A stretch of DNA of 64,000 nucleotides from Klebsormidium nitens (Eukaryota; Plantae; Klebsormidiophyceae). The stretch is from NCBI GenBank assembly GCA_000708835.1, contig DF237085.1, positions 62,001-126,000 on the forward strand. The letters are read 5' to 3'. Under the pieces are notes generated by a model, which did no database searches, was not told the DNA's origin, and saw only the letters and a list, made by a program, of their open reading frames with translations. This document shows positions 32,063-44,960 of this stretch, in pieces (position 1 is the first letter of the stretch; each line of letters starts with the position of its first letter). The position numbers and the translations under genes are program-made.

Positions 32063-33607
32063 GCGACCCTGTCAGATACGAGCAGCCGTCAGAGACGTTT
32101 TTACTTACAGCACTATGCTGCTCGGAATGCTGTGGGGTAACGGTTTCACACGGGGTCGGAATCTGGTGGGAATAGCAGTTTGCAAGGGTTGTGGATCAGG
32201 ATATGATAGTGGATTGATTGTGCTTTCCTTTGGAGGTAAGCAGGCTGTATGTCAGGCTGTCGTGGGACTAGATTTGGGATTCTTTTACTTTACATTACCT
32301 GCTGGGGCTCATCAATCATCAACGGGGTGCACATCAATTGACCACCGTAAACGCCGATATTTTCACCCCTGGCAAACTTGACCAGTGGGATTCTTGGTGT
32401 TGAAGCAGGCGTACATCACCCTGAAATGACTTATAGCATCCGAGCTCATTGGTGTTCTTTGCAAGGAGAGATTCTGATCAAGTTTGGCCTCTTTCTTGGT
32501 CCCTCGTCAGCCGAGTGCACATGTCAATCTGTGTGGTTGATACATCCAAGTAAAGGATACTGCATGAACAAAGCAAACGCAGGCGCACAAGGCGCAAGTC
32601 AAGGACTTGTCCTGCGCTGAAAGTAGTGATAGCAGAACTTCCGATGGACTTGGAGGCCACGATTGCTGGCATGCTCTGAGGATGCTCGGCCGGACCTAAC
32701 GCTGTGCCTTCTCATCAGTCCTGCACGCATGGAATTCTCGATCACATATGCTTGCGTGCACCGCATCATTCACCGACATATGGGCAGCTAGCTAGATTCA
32801 GATTCAGTCGAGTTTCACTCTATCCGACACATGATGCGAATGGATTAATGCTTTTTGATCGAAACACTGCCAATCATTGCTTGCATGCACTTTTTGTGCG
32901 CGCAAATGCGCCGCGCACATGGTTCCACGCTGATGTGTAAGCGCGTGTGGTGCTACAAGTTAGAATAATTAACATACTGCCATGGCGTATGCTGCACGCG
33001 CACTAGCGAGCTATGCATATAACCGCATGCGTGCATGTCTGTGCTCCACGTAGTAAGTTTGATTTTCTTCACATGGGATACATGCTGATACATCATGAAT
33101 TTGAGCTACAGGTACCTCCATGAGAACGTCATGTCCTACAAAGAAGGAAGTCATGGGACTGGGCTGCAGCGATTTCGAATATACGCGTAGAAAAGAAAGC
33201 TTGAAATGAGGATAATTTACAGCTCACTGCAGATTGTTGGCCAGAAAGTAAATGCGAGTGGGAAATACATGAGATAAGCTTGACACCTCGTTCTCTGCGC
33301 ATGGCACTGATGTCCATAAGTCGTACGGCCGTGGAAAATCGACGGACTAGGGCAGTGGAAAACCAACGGGTGCGGATCCTCCGTCATTCAAGCTGACCCA
33401 CATGCGCAATTCTGGTGCCTTTTTATTCTGGCCAGCTCCGAAGGATGTCGTCGCAACTCTGCATGCGTTGAGATACTTCTTGCTGGTCCACGGTCCGCCA
33501 CTAAATCATCACGACCCGGCCTTTGTGGTCGATCCAATTCTGGCCAAACCAGATATGAGCATGGAAAGTCTATGGCCGCACACGCAGAAACCCACAATCC
33601 GTAAGCG

Positions 33608-36600
33608 TCAGTTCAACTGTGCCCAGTCGGGCAGTGGGCACTCATACGTCCACGTCTTCCCCGTATACCGTATGCAATGCAGCCATAAGCCCTCCTGGTC
33701 CTCTTCGTACCTGGTAAAGGCAAATCGAGATTCAAAGTCAAGACGACAATCTGTGTCACGTGGTACATGGATGATGAACCGATAAGATCAGCTGAAGCAG
33801 AAGCAAACTCTGTCCGACGAACATTTGGCCTCATTGCTCTGGGATACCCCGTGCATTTGAAAAAAGCAACATTAGCACAGCAGAAAAAGAGTCGAAACCC
33901 CGGCAAACAGCCGTTTCCGCAGATGATTCCCGCAGCAAGGAAAAGCCGACAATTCCCTCCGCCTAATTCACATCCCCCCAAAACTTGGCCGAAACGGGGG
34001 AGACTTCAAGCATTCTGAGGCCTTGTTCTCCGCGGTGCCTCACCCCGTCGGCCCTATGCTTGGGCAGTTGGTGCAGTACGGGTCCACCTCAAACAGGGCC
34101 TCCGACCCCACCCCTGTACCGGCCCCATCTCCCCCTGCTCCGACAGGCCTCGTTCCAGATCCTGTCTCAGGAATCGCACCCCCAGCGGACGGCACGTCTG
34201 CAACACCAGCTTCCTGTGACCTCTCCTCCCCCGTGAGATTGCCAACATTCAACTCTCCCCTCGCCAGCCCGTGAACGAGGGGCTCTCCGCTCGTCTCGCC
34301 GGCTTCTCCGTTTCCGAAAGTGCCTCCGCCAATTGCCTCCGCCAAGCCCGCTGAACTCAACCCGTCTCCCAGAGCTGACCCCTCATTTTCCTGTCGCCGC
34401 GCCGCCTCGGCATCCTCCCGCGCTTTCCTCGCCTTCGCGGCGACCACGACGCGGATCGCCCCCGCCAGAGTGGCGCCCGCGACCGTGGCCGCGGCCGCCA
34501 TTTTGGCGGCGCCCCGCGCGGCCGCGACGTCGGCGGTGGTGTCCCCGCCCTTCTTGCGCGCCTCCTCGGGAAGAGGCCCCGGGTACAGGTACAGGAAATC
34601 GTTGGCAATCGGGTGACCCAAGTACTGTAGGTGGACTCGGATCTGGCAGAAGGAAGTGTTTTCGCGATTAGTCGAAAGGATCTTGCTAATGGAGTTCAGA
34701 GAAGGGGAGCTTTAAAAGAAGTTAAAAACCGCACACTGAGACAGAGTTCGCACACCAGCAAAAGCCGTCACTGGGCGGCAGATCCTTGAATATTTGAGCC
34801 TTGGGGTCTGAGCATCCAGACTCGACCGGGGACAAGCACAAGCTGGTCAACGTAGTAAAGAAACAGACGACTATCTCACTAATGCAGGGTCCGCAGGGTC
34901 CGCATAGCAATCCTCATTCTGTGCGTCATCCTGGTTAGCGGCAGGCTAGGCTGGAGAACCGGGAAAGTTGACGCATCCAGCAAAGCTGTCGACCTTGCCG
35001 TATGCAATCTTAGGATTCGCGTTAACCGAAGCTATTGCTCTTTTTGCTCTAATCATGGCCTCCCTAATCTTATTCGTATTCTAAACCGGGTACCTTTCAG
35101 GTATTGAAGCCTCTTAGATGCAACCCATATCTGTTCATTGTTGCAACAGAAAAAGAGGCTGAAATCAATCTGTAAATGGTTGTTCAAGGATAAAAAAATA
35201 TATGAGGCTATTAAAGGGGTCCCTATTACTTGTTCCGGCCGCCTCAATGGCAAGGCTATTGCTCGAACAGACTTGCGGAAGTTAGGCGAAACCTCTTTAC
35301 ATACATCCATTTTTTCTTTTGACTTACTGTACATCCTACGCCCTGAGAATTGGACAACTACAGCAGGGTCCACGCAAACATCCGACGCACCAGCTACGCA
35401 CGGTCCAAAATGATGAGAACCCTCAAAACTCTAAAACCCAAAGCCCTCAAACTCTTCAAACCCCTGACGCGAAGTTCGGTAGCGGTCCCCACCTGGTGCG
35501 TTCTCCCGGTCAGCGGCTGGCACGCCACGACGCTCGTGGCGCCGTCCGTGCTGAGCCGCCGGAAGCGTGTGAGCGCGTCGCGCGTGCGGCCGCCGTTGAG
35601 CATCGCGGCCGCAATCGCCTCCGGATCGTTTTCCTCTTCCGGAACCTGCCAAAGGGATGTGTCAAAGCACGTGAGAGGAAGGAAAAAGTTGGTGGAATAG
35701 AGATCAGATAGTGCGTTTCGCTTGCGCTATACAGAACATTTGGGCCACAATCGCCCAGATCGTTCCCCTTCTCCGGAACCTGCCAAAGAGACACGCAGGT
35801 GAACAGAGCAGAGATGGTGAAGGAAAAAGGAAAGTGGGTGGTCTTGAGTGCTGCCACCGACACCTGCATAATCTAGGACTATGAAAGAAGGGGTTCTAAG
35901 CGTACCTCAATACATCAAGGTGCACTTTTATGCAGACTTTTGAAGGAGATAGTCTCCCCAGGTACCGCATCCCACCTTGCTACTTGTCATGAGCTACCGG
36001 TAAAGACTCGTCGACACTGTCACTCAATCTCAGGCGGCCGGTCTTCACACGCCCCCTTCAAGGACGTCGACAGCTCCCTAACACGGGTGCCAACTCGTCA
36101 CGAGTCTCTTTGCGCAATGACCTCCCTTACAATCGACCTTCTGCCACGTGGCAGCCCCACGCACCTCCACGATGGCGCGCCCCTCCTTGCCGTCGTACAG
36201 CAGCGGCGCTGCCGCCTCGACGGGCCCTTCGGGGAAAACGCCCACTACGCGCGCCACGTACTCCTTCTGGACCTCGTTCGCCGTGATCTGCGGGGAGAGC
36301 GGCTGACGTCAGCGTGCTTGCCGATGCAATGACGTCAGCACAGCGTCGGGACTTGCAAACTCAAGAATGATTTCATCGTTTTGTAGCAGGTGCCCATTAA
36401 AGCGGCGCCACGTACTCCTTCTGCACCTCGTTTGCGTGATCTGCGGAGGGGAGGGTCAAGACGTTAGCGTGCTCCCCAAGACCATGACGTCAGCACAGCG
36501 TGAGGACTTGATTGCGCCGCGTCTGTTCGCTTTCACGGGCCACTCAAAAAACGTCGTGATCGCGTGCCACGTGCTCCTTGCGACTTTTGGTTGCCGCGAT

Positions 36601-39600
36601 TTAAGTCAACGGCCGATGTCAGCACGCGGGGACATGCTGACGTCAAGATGCTGGGTCTCTATTTTGGCTGGATCACGATGGAGCGAGGGAAGGAACAATA
36701 CGAGAAGGGCGACCAAGCAAGAACGACCCGAGAGTAGATCAGAATCAAGCGAATATGGAGAAAATAACCTCCCTTTCGCTAGAGCTGAATTTACACATCA
36801 ATTTTGGTCTTTCAAAGAGAGCTTTTTCGATTGAACAAAATCTGCTCTCGAGTTCATTCGCCTGGAACCAGCGGAGCGCCACTCACGTCCTGTCGGAATC
36901 GGTCGGCGGTCTCCGGGTTGCGCGCCAGGATGAGCAGGCCGGAAACGAGTCGGTCCAGCCGGTGAATCGCTGGACGAGGCGGACGGTGTCAAGGATCACA
37001 AAGGACATATAGGCTCCATCGTTTGACACTATAGCAGAAGCAAGGGAACGGAACCAGTCGGTCCAGCCGGTGAAGTGCTGGACGGGGGTGACGGTTTCAA
37101 GGATCACAAAGGACTTGAGGACTTCAGCATTTGACACTGTGCGTGAGCAAGGGGAAGGAAAAGAACCACGAATGAGGAAAGAGGCTGGCGTCAAGAAAAG
37201 GGCCAAAAACCTGGCACTCCGTGCAGCAGAAGTGCCCAGGGCGGAAACGGCGAGCTTAGACGGCGCACAGCGGACCAGCAGAACGGAACTGACGGCATTT
37301 ACTGTAAGCCCGGACTTTGACACGTTCATAAGGTGGAAGCTCCGCCGGTGAAGTCCTCGAAAAGGTGGCCATGTTCGAGGACGTGCCGAGCTTTGGGTGC
37401 TTGCCAAATTATGGAAGACGCGCGGAAAAGGCCCGAAGAAGAGAGAAGCAGCAGCAAAATGAACAGCGAACTAGTGGCGGAGGGGGGATACGCGAGAGCG
37501 TGCCGAGCTCCGGATGCTTTGGCAGATCATAGACAACGCGCAAAAACGGCCAAGAGAAAGAAGAGCAGCAGAAAGGACGGCAGAACTAGAGGCGGGGGGA
37601 AGGGTACGCGAGAGCGTACCGAGCTCCGGGCGCGTGACAGGCCATCAAAACAACGCACAACGGGCAAGAGAAGATAACCGGCAGCAGAGAGGAGAGCAGA
37701 ACTAGAGGCAGGGTGAGGATACGCGAGAGCGTGCCAAGCTCCGGGTGCTTTGGCAGATCATAAACCAAGCGCAAAAGTAGCCAAAACCCAAAAATCAGCA
37801 AAATGGAGAGCCGAACTAGAGGCGGGGGGAAGGATACGCGAGAGCGTGCCGAGCTCCGGGTGCTCCGCCTGCAGGATCCCGAGCACCGTGTTCTTGCGGT
37901 ACTGCCCGCACGGGTGCACGGGGACGGACGCCGGCTTCCGGACGACAACGACGTCCGCGTCCGAGAAGAGGACCGTTACCGGATCCGCCATTACCGGGGG
38001 CTCGTGCCGGTGCACGAAGTGGACCACGGTCTGGCCCTGCGTGAGGCGGTAGCTCGTGGGGACTTTGCGGCCGTCGACCTGGAGGCGCCCGTCTTCGACG
38101 GCTTGCATCTGCGGGTTTGGGTACGATCGGGTCGGTGGGTTTGGGAGGGGTTAGGACTGGAAATGCGAATTGCGAAGTCGTTAAAACTTCGCCGGTCTGG
38201 CCTTGCGTGAGGCTGTAGCTGGTGGGCACTTTGCGGCCGTCGACCTGGAGGCGCCCGTCCTCGACGGCTTGCATCTGCAGGTTTGAAGGAAGTTTTGAAA
38301 CTGGGTCAGGTTGCGAGTGAGCGAACTCATTAGGGTACGTTGAATGCGAATTCAACGCGTTGGCTTCTCTCGTGGAAGTAGGTGGCTGATTGAAACTTTG
38401 CGGCCGCCTAATTGGGAGGCGCCGGTCCTCGAAGGCTTGCATCTGCGGGTTTACAGGAGGGTGAGAGTCCGTTAGGGAGGGTTTGGGAGGGGGTCCGAGG
38501 TGGTTAGGGATTCGGAAAAGCGATTTGACAACCGAAACTATTGTCGAAGGATCTACGGGTCAGCTGCTTTGGCGATTCATTGAAGATTCGACCTTGAGGC
38601 GGCCGTCCTCAAAGACTTGCGTTGTGTGGAGCTAAAAATGAGACTGTAATGTTCATAGAAAGCGGCTCGAGGATGATTTACTGGAGCAAGTGTTGTCTTT
38701 TGGCCTCACGCGTGGCATTAGCTAGTTAAAATCGCGCCCCGTCAACCTGAAGGCAGCTTTCCTCGACGGCCTGTGTCTGCGAGGTTAGAAAAATTGAGAA
38801 GACGTTCTGAACAGATCCTCGCGAGTTGGTTGAATACATCGAGTTTTTGAAGTTCTGGCCTGCTTGAAAGGAAGTACACTTTTCTCGAAGCACGGAATGC
38901 ATTGCGCTTCGGATGGACGCAGTTTAGGACTAACCTAGCTAGGCGAAAAGGGAAGGCATCTCGGTTGAAGGCGTTCAGATGGCCATTGCCACTTTGCCCC
39001 TAACCCCATATCAAGTGGGCAATCTCTGACACCAAACGGAAGATCGTAAACATTACAACGAACCGTGACAGGCCGCAAGTCAACTACTAATGCCGGGCAG
39101 CTCCCACATCTTTCGACAACCTCAAACATCAACGGACGTTTTAGCCATCTAACTCATCCACGAAATTAATAGAAAGTCGGCAGCCCCGCCGGTGGCTTCT
39201 GCTGAAAACATCGCGCGACTTGTGATATGTTTCTACCCCTCGTTCGGCCATCTCGGAAATTCGAAGACCAAAGTTGTTCTGGAATAGGAGCTCACGTAGT
39301 ACTGGCGGTCCCGCTGGCGGAACTCGTTGGAGAAGAGTTCCACGATGTTCTGGCCCGCCCAGCGGCTCTTCACGTGCGACACAAACTCGAAAAAGTACGG
39401 ACGAACTAGGCGCCGCCCTGCAAATAAAGGCGGTAGATTGTTTGATGACATTCACGACTTCCCTCACGGAACTTGATCTTCAAAAACTGTGATCGAGTGG
39501 TTTGAGTAACTCCAGACCTCAGCAGTTTCACAGCAGATGAATCACACATGTATGCGAAAGCGAGCGGCATCAAGTCATAGGGCGCCCTTGAATACCTATG

Positions 39601-41083
39601 CTTGGTCGATGCCCCACCAGTGGGAAACACAATCAGGCCAAGAGTGAGAGGCAGATGACTTTGCAACTAGCAAGAAACAAGTAAGTCTGCCAGCACACAG
39701 GGGTCGACAGACTCCAGGTTTTTCCAAGGTCACTCAAAGCTATGAACCTCTGTTCCTGCCACCACATCGATGAGGTCAACACGGCCGGCCAGCGGAATTG
39801 GCACAGAAGCCCACTGCAGATCTGTTGCCACTGGATGAACGAGGGTCTTTAGAAACAAGCATCAATAGTCGCCCGCTCGTCAGAGAAAGCATCCATTCGT
39901 TCATGGGGAATTGCGATTTTTCCAAGAGTGATGTAACACGAGATTATCAGAGATCATCCAATAGTCTGTGAAGTCTCGATCAATCACTACACAGCGTCGT
40001 CGACGTGTTGTCCTGCATACTCTTGGCAACGAGAGTGCCAACCTTCCCAACACACACCGTGAGAAACTTCTGAAGAAGCAGAGCCCAAAGAACTGTAAAA
40101 GCCGCGTGCTCACCATCCTGGAAGATGTAATCCCCCGGCTCTGACAAGATGACATGCTCCGGCCCCGCCATCATGAGCTGCACCCACAGCCGAAACTCTT
40201 CCGGCGCCCGGTATGGGATTCCCTCGGCCGCACTGTATCGGCAGGCCAAGACGGCGCGCGCCTCCTCCGGGGCAATCTCGGTGAACTGGGCGCGCTTGAA
40301 CTTCTGCTTTTGTTTCCTAGTATTGGTTTGTTTCGAGCGCCCGGGGTGGTTGGACTCTTTCAGTCCTCCTTTTGTACGTCCAACTCGGGTCTCTCCGGCG
40401 AATGCTGCTTTTGAGGGTCCAGTAGAAGTTGAGGTTGTGAGAGACTCTTGAGGGCGCCTGATGGACGTGCCCCCCTTTGGTGCTTCTTTTGGCTGTCCGG
40501 GGTGATCGCTAGCGAGGCTGCGAGCGGTTGAGCGTGGGCGATTATGCCTGGATGAGAATGCCACAAGGAGGAAAGGGACAAGGTTGTTCCAGGAAGACGA
40601 CGTAGCGGGGGGGGGAGCAAGATTGATTGCGGTGCTGCGAGGCAGAGTGCAAGACCGGCGCCCCTGAGGAATGCCGCCAGGTTCTGCTGTGCTCGACAGC
40701 AACACCCTTTCTGTTGCGAACCGGGTGCGATGGGAAGGGTGGTGTGCCCTGGGCTTATGTCTCGAGCACTTATGTTGCTTCGTTTTCCATAAGTGCTCAG
40801 TCCTGGGAGTGGAAGGCGCTCCTGTAAAAGTTACGTCTGCCCTACTGTTGTCAAAACACGTGGCTACACTTCTCCTTGACTGCTGTGCTCCTCTGCTTTC
40901 GAGAAGTCTTGCGCTGCTAAAAGGAGTCGGGCGCCTCGAGTACTGTTGTTGCAGCGTCAGTGGCGCCAGATGGGGTCTTCCTGCGGACACCTTATTTGGA
41001 GAGGATTGGGAAGGAAGAACAGCTAATGCGGGGTGGTGCTGGCAGAAAGAAAAGTTGGTGCTCCCGCCTGCCGCTCCGTGCAT
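33608..41083 (-). CDS. RluA-family RNA pseudouridine synthase (RPUSD2 / plant PUS7-like), 8 exons
   Basis: Exons: 41083(or 40174)-40114 (...DYIFQDG); 39417-39296 ([18 protein letters not shown]); 38108-37838 (S4-like region, [25 protein letters not shown]); ~36968-36886 ([11 protein letters not shown], catalytic Asp); ~36287-36165 ([10 protein letters not shown]); ~35645-35493 (TGRTHQ); 34642-~34045 ([15 protein letters not shown]); last exon ending LWLHC..Y....[10 protein letters not shown]. The start codon is uncertain. Confidence 0.93.
35111..35326 (+). pseudogene. rps3: NUMT: degraded fragment of mitochondrial rps3 inside an intron of the pseudouridine synthase gene
   Basis: AT-rich island translating [63 protein letters not shown]. 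This resembles the C-terminal S3 domain of mitochondrial Rps3 (KGIRI-CSGRL-GAEIARTE--KYGETSLH). No start codon context, and an in-frame TGA lies just upstream. Confidence 0.75.
37370..37860 (-). repeat. ~115-bp tandem copies of the exon-3 donor junction of the pseudouridine synthase gene
   Basis: GAGCTCGGCACGCTCTCGC|GTATCC-like junction at 37838 (true) and at 37723, 37608 and 37492 (copies), with a faint fifth copy at ~37380. Confidence 0.9.
38108..38800 (-). repeat. ~167-bp tandem copies of the exon-3 acceptor junction
   Basis: GCAG|ATGCAAGCCGTCGA(A/G)GACGGGCGCCTCCAGGTCGAC at 38108 (true), 38274 and 38442, with degenerate copies at ~38622 and ~38776. Confidence 0.9.
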
Positions 41084-41787
41084 CGTTGCTCAGAGCCAAC
41101 TTTGCATCGCTCCTGCCACCACCCCAGCTCGCATTGTTTGAGCACTCTCCCTGCTGATTTCTAACCAGCTAATATCAATGACAATGTGAACAGGACATGG
41201 TTAAGAAGTTGGTTAGTGGGCCAATGGTTAAGAGGTGGGTCAGCGTGGCAAGTCTTTTAAATACGGCGGACTCCTCCTGAACTGTCAGTGTATTTCTGCG
41301 CAACCCACTTTGTTAACCTACCTCCTGACCCTCGGGTTCAAACGAGGGTGATTCCTGTAACCTGCAATGCCAATAGCCCACACATAGATCAATGCCACCA
41401 TTCTCCAACAAGGGCACTACATAGTGCATTTGCCGCCTTCCAATGGTCGAGCAGCTGCACAGTGATCAATCAGTCTATTTGAGGTGAGCTTTTCAAAGAG
41501 CAGGTGCCCTTGGCTCTGCTAGGTGTAGGTGGGTGTAGGCATGCTGGTTTGCGTCTCTGCACCTCACTGCATTGCTAAGGTGCTCCTGATGAAGGTCGTA
41601 CACTGATGGGAGTGAGCTTTTGTCATCAAGCAATCAAGCAGCATTTCTTCCAAGAGTCTCATCCTCGATTCAAACCACCACTCACGAGTCGGCGCCGTGT
41701 CCGCAGTCGCTGATGCTGTCTGAAACGCGGCCGGGAGCTTCTCAATGAATTGACAGCGTCCAAGTGTGGCTGGGTCTTTTGGGGGAC

Positions 41788-43892
41788 ATGAACAAGGAGC
41801 TTGTAATCAGGAAGAGGATCCAAAGCATGTGAGGTTCCAAAGCTTCCTGCAGTTTTCGTGTGTGGACATTGGTGGCATGTCTCCTCTTTAGCTAAGCTGT
41901 ACCTTCGAATACTTCAACCGTACTCACTCAGGCCCCCCTTCAAACTTCCTGGAACACTCTTGTCCTCCTGTACAGACCTCTTAATTTTCAGCATAGCTCT
42001 GCACAAACTTCAGGGACTGTTGATACTTTTGCCCCGGGCTGAAGCTTGGCGCTTCTGAAAGAGTATGTGTCCTGTCCATACCGAAGCAGCGCTTTCCCAT
42101 GTCCAGCATTTGAATCAGAAGCAGATATAGCGCCACCACTAAAGCATCAAGGCTGAGTGGATTTTGTGGATTCTGGTTCCATGCAGTTACAACAAGGAGC
42201 GGGAAGACTTCCAAGAGTTGAAGGAGTACAATGACTACCTTGAGACCATAGAAGACATCGGTGAGTCATGCTATGAAACATCCCTCATGCGACATATCAT
42301 TGGCGGATTTAGCATGCAAAGGCTCTACTGGCGTGTCCTTTTGTCACTGTTTTGAGAGGTTCGAATTGGAAATCGTACGAAGTTTCTGCCCTTGACTGTT
42401 GTTCTTTCTTCAACATTCTCTTTAGTCTATTCATATAGACTAAACAGTGTCAAAACAGTTCTAATTTCACCTGTGTTTTGAACAGACTTCTGGCTTATGA
42501 ATCAGGAGGCCTGCTTGGTTCTGTCTTATTGTCCATTGCTTCATTTGAGCAGTGTGTCCAACAGGATCGATTAGATTCTGAATAATTGACAAAATCAGAT
42601 GCAACGCAAGCCCTGGCCATTGTTGATAATCCACCATAGACCATCGTCTGCAGTCTTCAATCTTGTTGAGGGCATTGATGTAACTGCGACTGAGGCCAGT
42701 GTGGCCCGCTATCAAGAAGAGAATCAGGAGCAGATTCTCTCGTCACACGCGCGGAAGGCAAGTCAACATCTGGATCAATTACTTGCAAGAAAAGTAGAGC
42801 CACTTCTCAAGCTCACACAATACCACTCAGATCTGCATCAACTGCTTCTGGATGTCAAGTGCTGATTTGGAGTACCTCGCTGTTCGAAGGCCCCTTGTGT
42901 ATGTTCTTGTCCAGAAAGGGAAAGATTTTACTGGACACATTCGAGATTGGCCTCGGTGGCGAATGTAAAGGTAAAACAGCTAAGACGTGTTGAAATGAGG
43001 GTTGTGTTTGTATGTGCAGGCAAGTGAAAAGGCAGCAAACTTGAAGGCCCAGAGGGCTGCTGTCGAGCCATCTGTTGAGGAACTCGAGGTAAACTTGCTC
43101 TCACTTCGGAGGGCTTATTGTCATTATTTCTTCGATCCGTCGAGAATTCTTCGATTCTTCAGTTGTTTGACCCCTCGACGGACTCATCAAGGTGTACAGA
43201 TGTCGAGCAAAGCGACGAGTATGACGTTGGGGTGCACGTACTTGCCTCTGGGAGTTGAATTGATCGTATCAACACGAGTCTGGTTGACTTGTTCTCGTTT
43301 TCTGGTTGTCTTCCCTTTGTTTCGATGATGCAGTCGCCAGGTTGGACAAGACTCTGGAATGGACTTGTTTGACATAGGATGATGATCATGAGCAAGGGAC
43401 CATCCACGTTGATATTCTGCCCACAGCAGCTCGGAGAAGGTTCGATAGCGAGGGACGTGTGTTAGAGCCGAAGGTATTTGTACTCTACTTTGGAGTTGTG
43501 TAGCCCCTCTCAGATCGACTCTGATCAAGAAAAGCTGTCTTTTAAGGCCTCCCATTTGCAACGGCTGCTGATTCGGGTACTCAATCAGTTGGCTTGCATG
43601 AAACGTCTCCATACTTAACCCACTGCAGGCGGAGCATGAAATCCATGGCAGTGCCGAGCGATCCGGCGGTATGCAATATGCCCCTTCCGCTCTGGGGCAT
43701 GCGCAGCCCCCAGCTGTCCCATTGCAGCCTACCCCTGTGGCGCAAGCACGACATGTGAATGGAGACTCTGAAGGGTTGGATGATGAGAGCCGAAGACTAC
43801 GGACAGAGTTGGCTGCGAAGGCAGGTGGATACGTGTCTGCCTTTGCAGTACGACGAGCAATTGACGAGGCTATGGCGAGCATTGCATTGTGA
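41788..43892 (+). CDS. MAT1: CDK-activating kinase assembly factor MAT1 (plant-type, no RING finger), 5 exons
   Basis: Exons 41788-41828 (MNKELVIRKRIQS), ~42188-42260 (YNKEREDFQELKEYNDYLETIEDI), 42654-42757 (VFNLVEGIDV...EENQEQI), 43020-43088, and ~43630-43892 (AAKAGGY...RRAIDEAMASI*). Confidence 0.9.
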
Positions 43893-44960
43893 AACTCGAG
43901 CATGCAGATATAGTGAGTGAGGCACTCGTTGACATGTCTAAGGTCTGATGCTGGCTTCCGAGTTCGACACCAAGTAAAATTCTCCATGCTGTGGGCAATC
44001 AAGCTAATTGGCAGTAGCAGCTACACTGGCAAGCAGCAGGAGTTCCCTCTGAATGCAGTGTAGGCTATATGCGTACAATCAACAAGATCAGAGCACGCAG
44101 CTTGGTCGTTTTAGTGTATGCTGACTCAACTTTGTAAGGCCCTTCTGCCACTAAGATGCTGTTTACATCAAACATAGCCTGGCCTTCTCCTGCAGAGTAT
44201 ATTAGTAAGATAGAGTGCCCGTTCTTGGCGACAATGAAACGGTGGGTGGTACAAGTACATACGATTCAACAATGTTAGATGCTAGGTACTGGCCCCGGTG
44301 CCTTCTACATCGCATCAAACATGCATACGTATGTGCCAGCGCGCGATCGCCGTAATTTGACCATATATAGTACCTGGTCCCATGATCGCCATGCATTTGC
44401 GCTGATTGTAATCCCATTGACTCTTTAATTGTTTGGTCGCTGCACAGCAATCATGGTTCGACCATGTCTACCTCGATTGCATGCATCCATATGTCGACAA
44501 CCTGCTTTAAAAGAGAACTGCAGAACCAGAACATTGCGGCTGACTCGGCACAAAAACCCATTTCATGAACGGATGCACTGAGCAGCCAGGAGTGGATTCA
44601 CAGGGGTCTCGACCGCCCTTTCTATCAAGCTTTCAACGCGAGTACTGCAATGAAAATCACAAGCATGGCCTTTCAGATGCATAGAACAGGTAAGCACACG
44701 GCTGTTTTGAGCCTTGCTGATATTTGAATGCATCAATCGACGTGGGCACGACGAGCAACATGGACTTACGGGACGCTCTGGTTTGAATGGATTCAACCAA
44801 GAATGTGCAGTATGGCAATGAAACAACTGCGGGCAGAACTTGGCTATGAGAGCAGTAACCGGACTTATAAATGTCGCAACTCGCTCAACACGTTTTTGTC
44901 AACCCATCAAATCGAATACCCAACCCTCAAGTTAACCTCGCTCAGTGTTTCACAGTCGGC

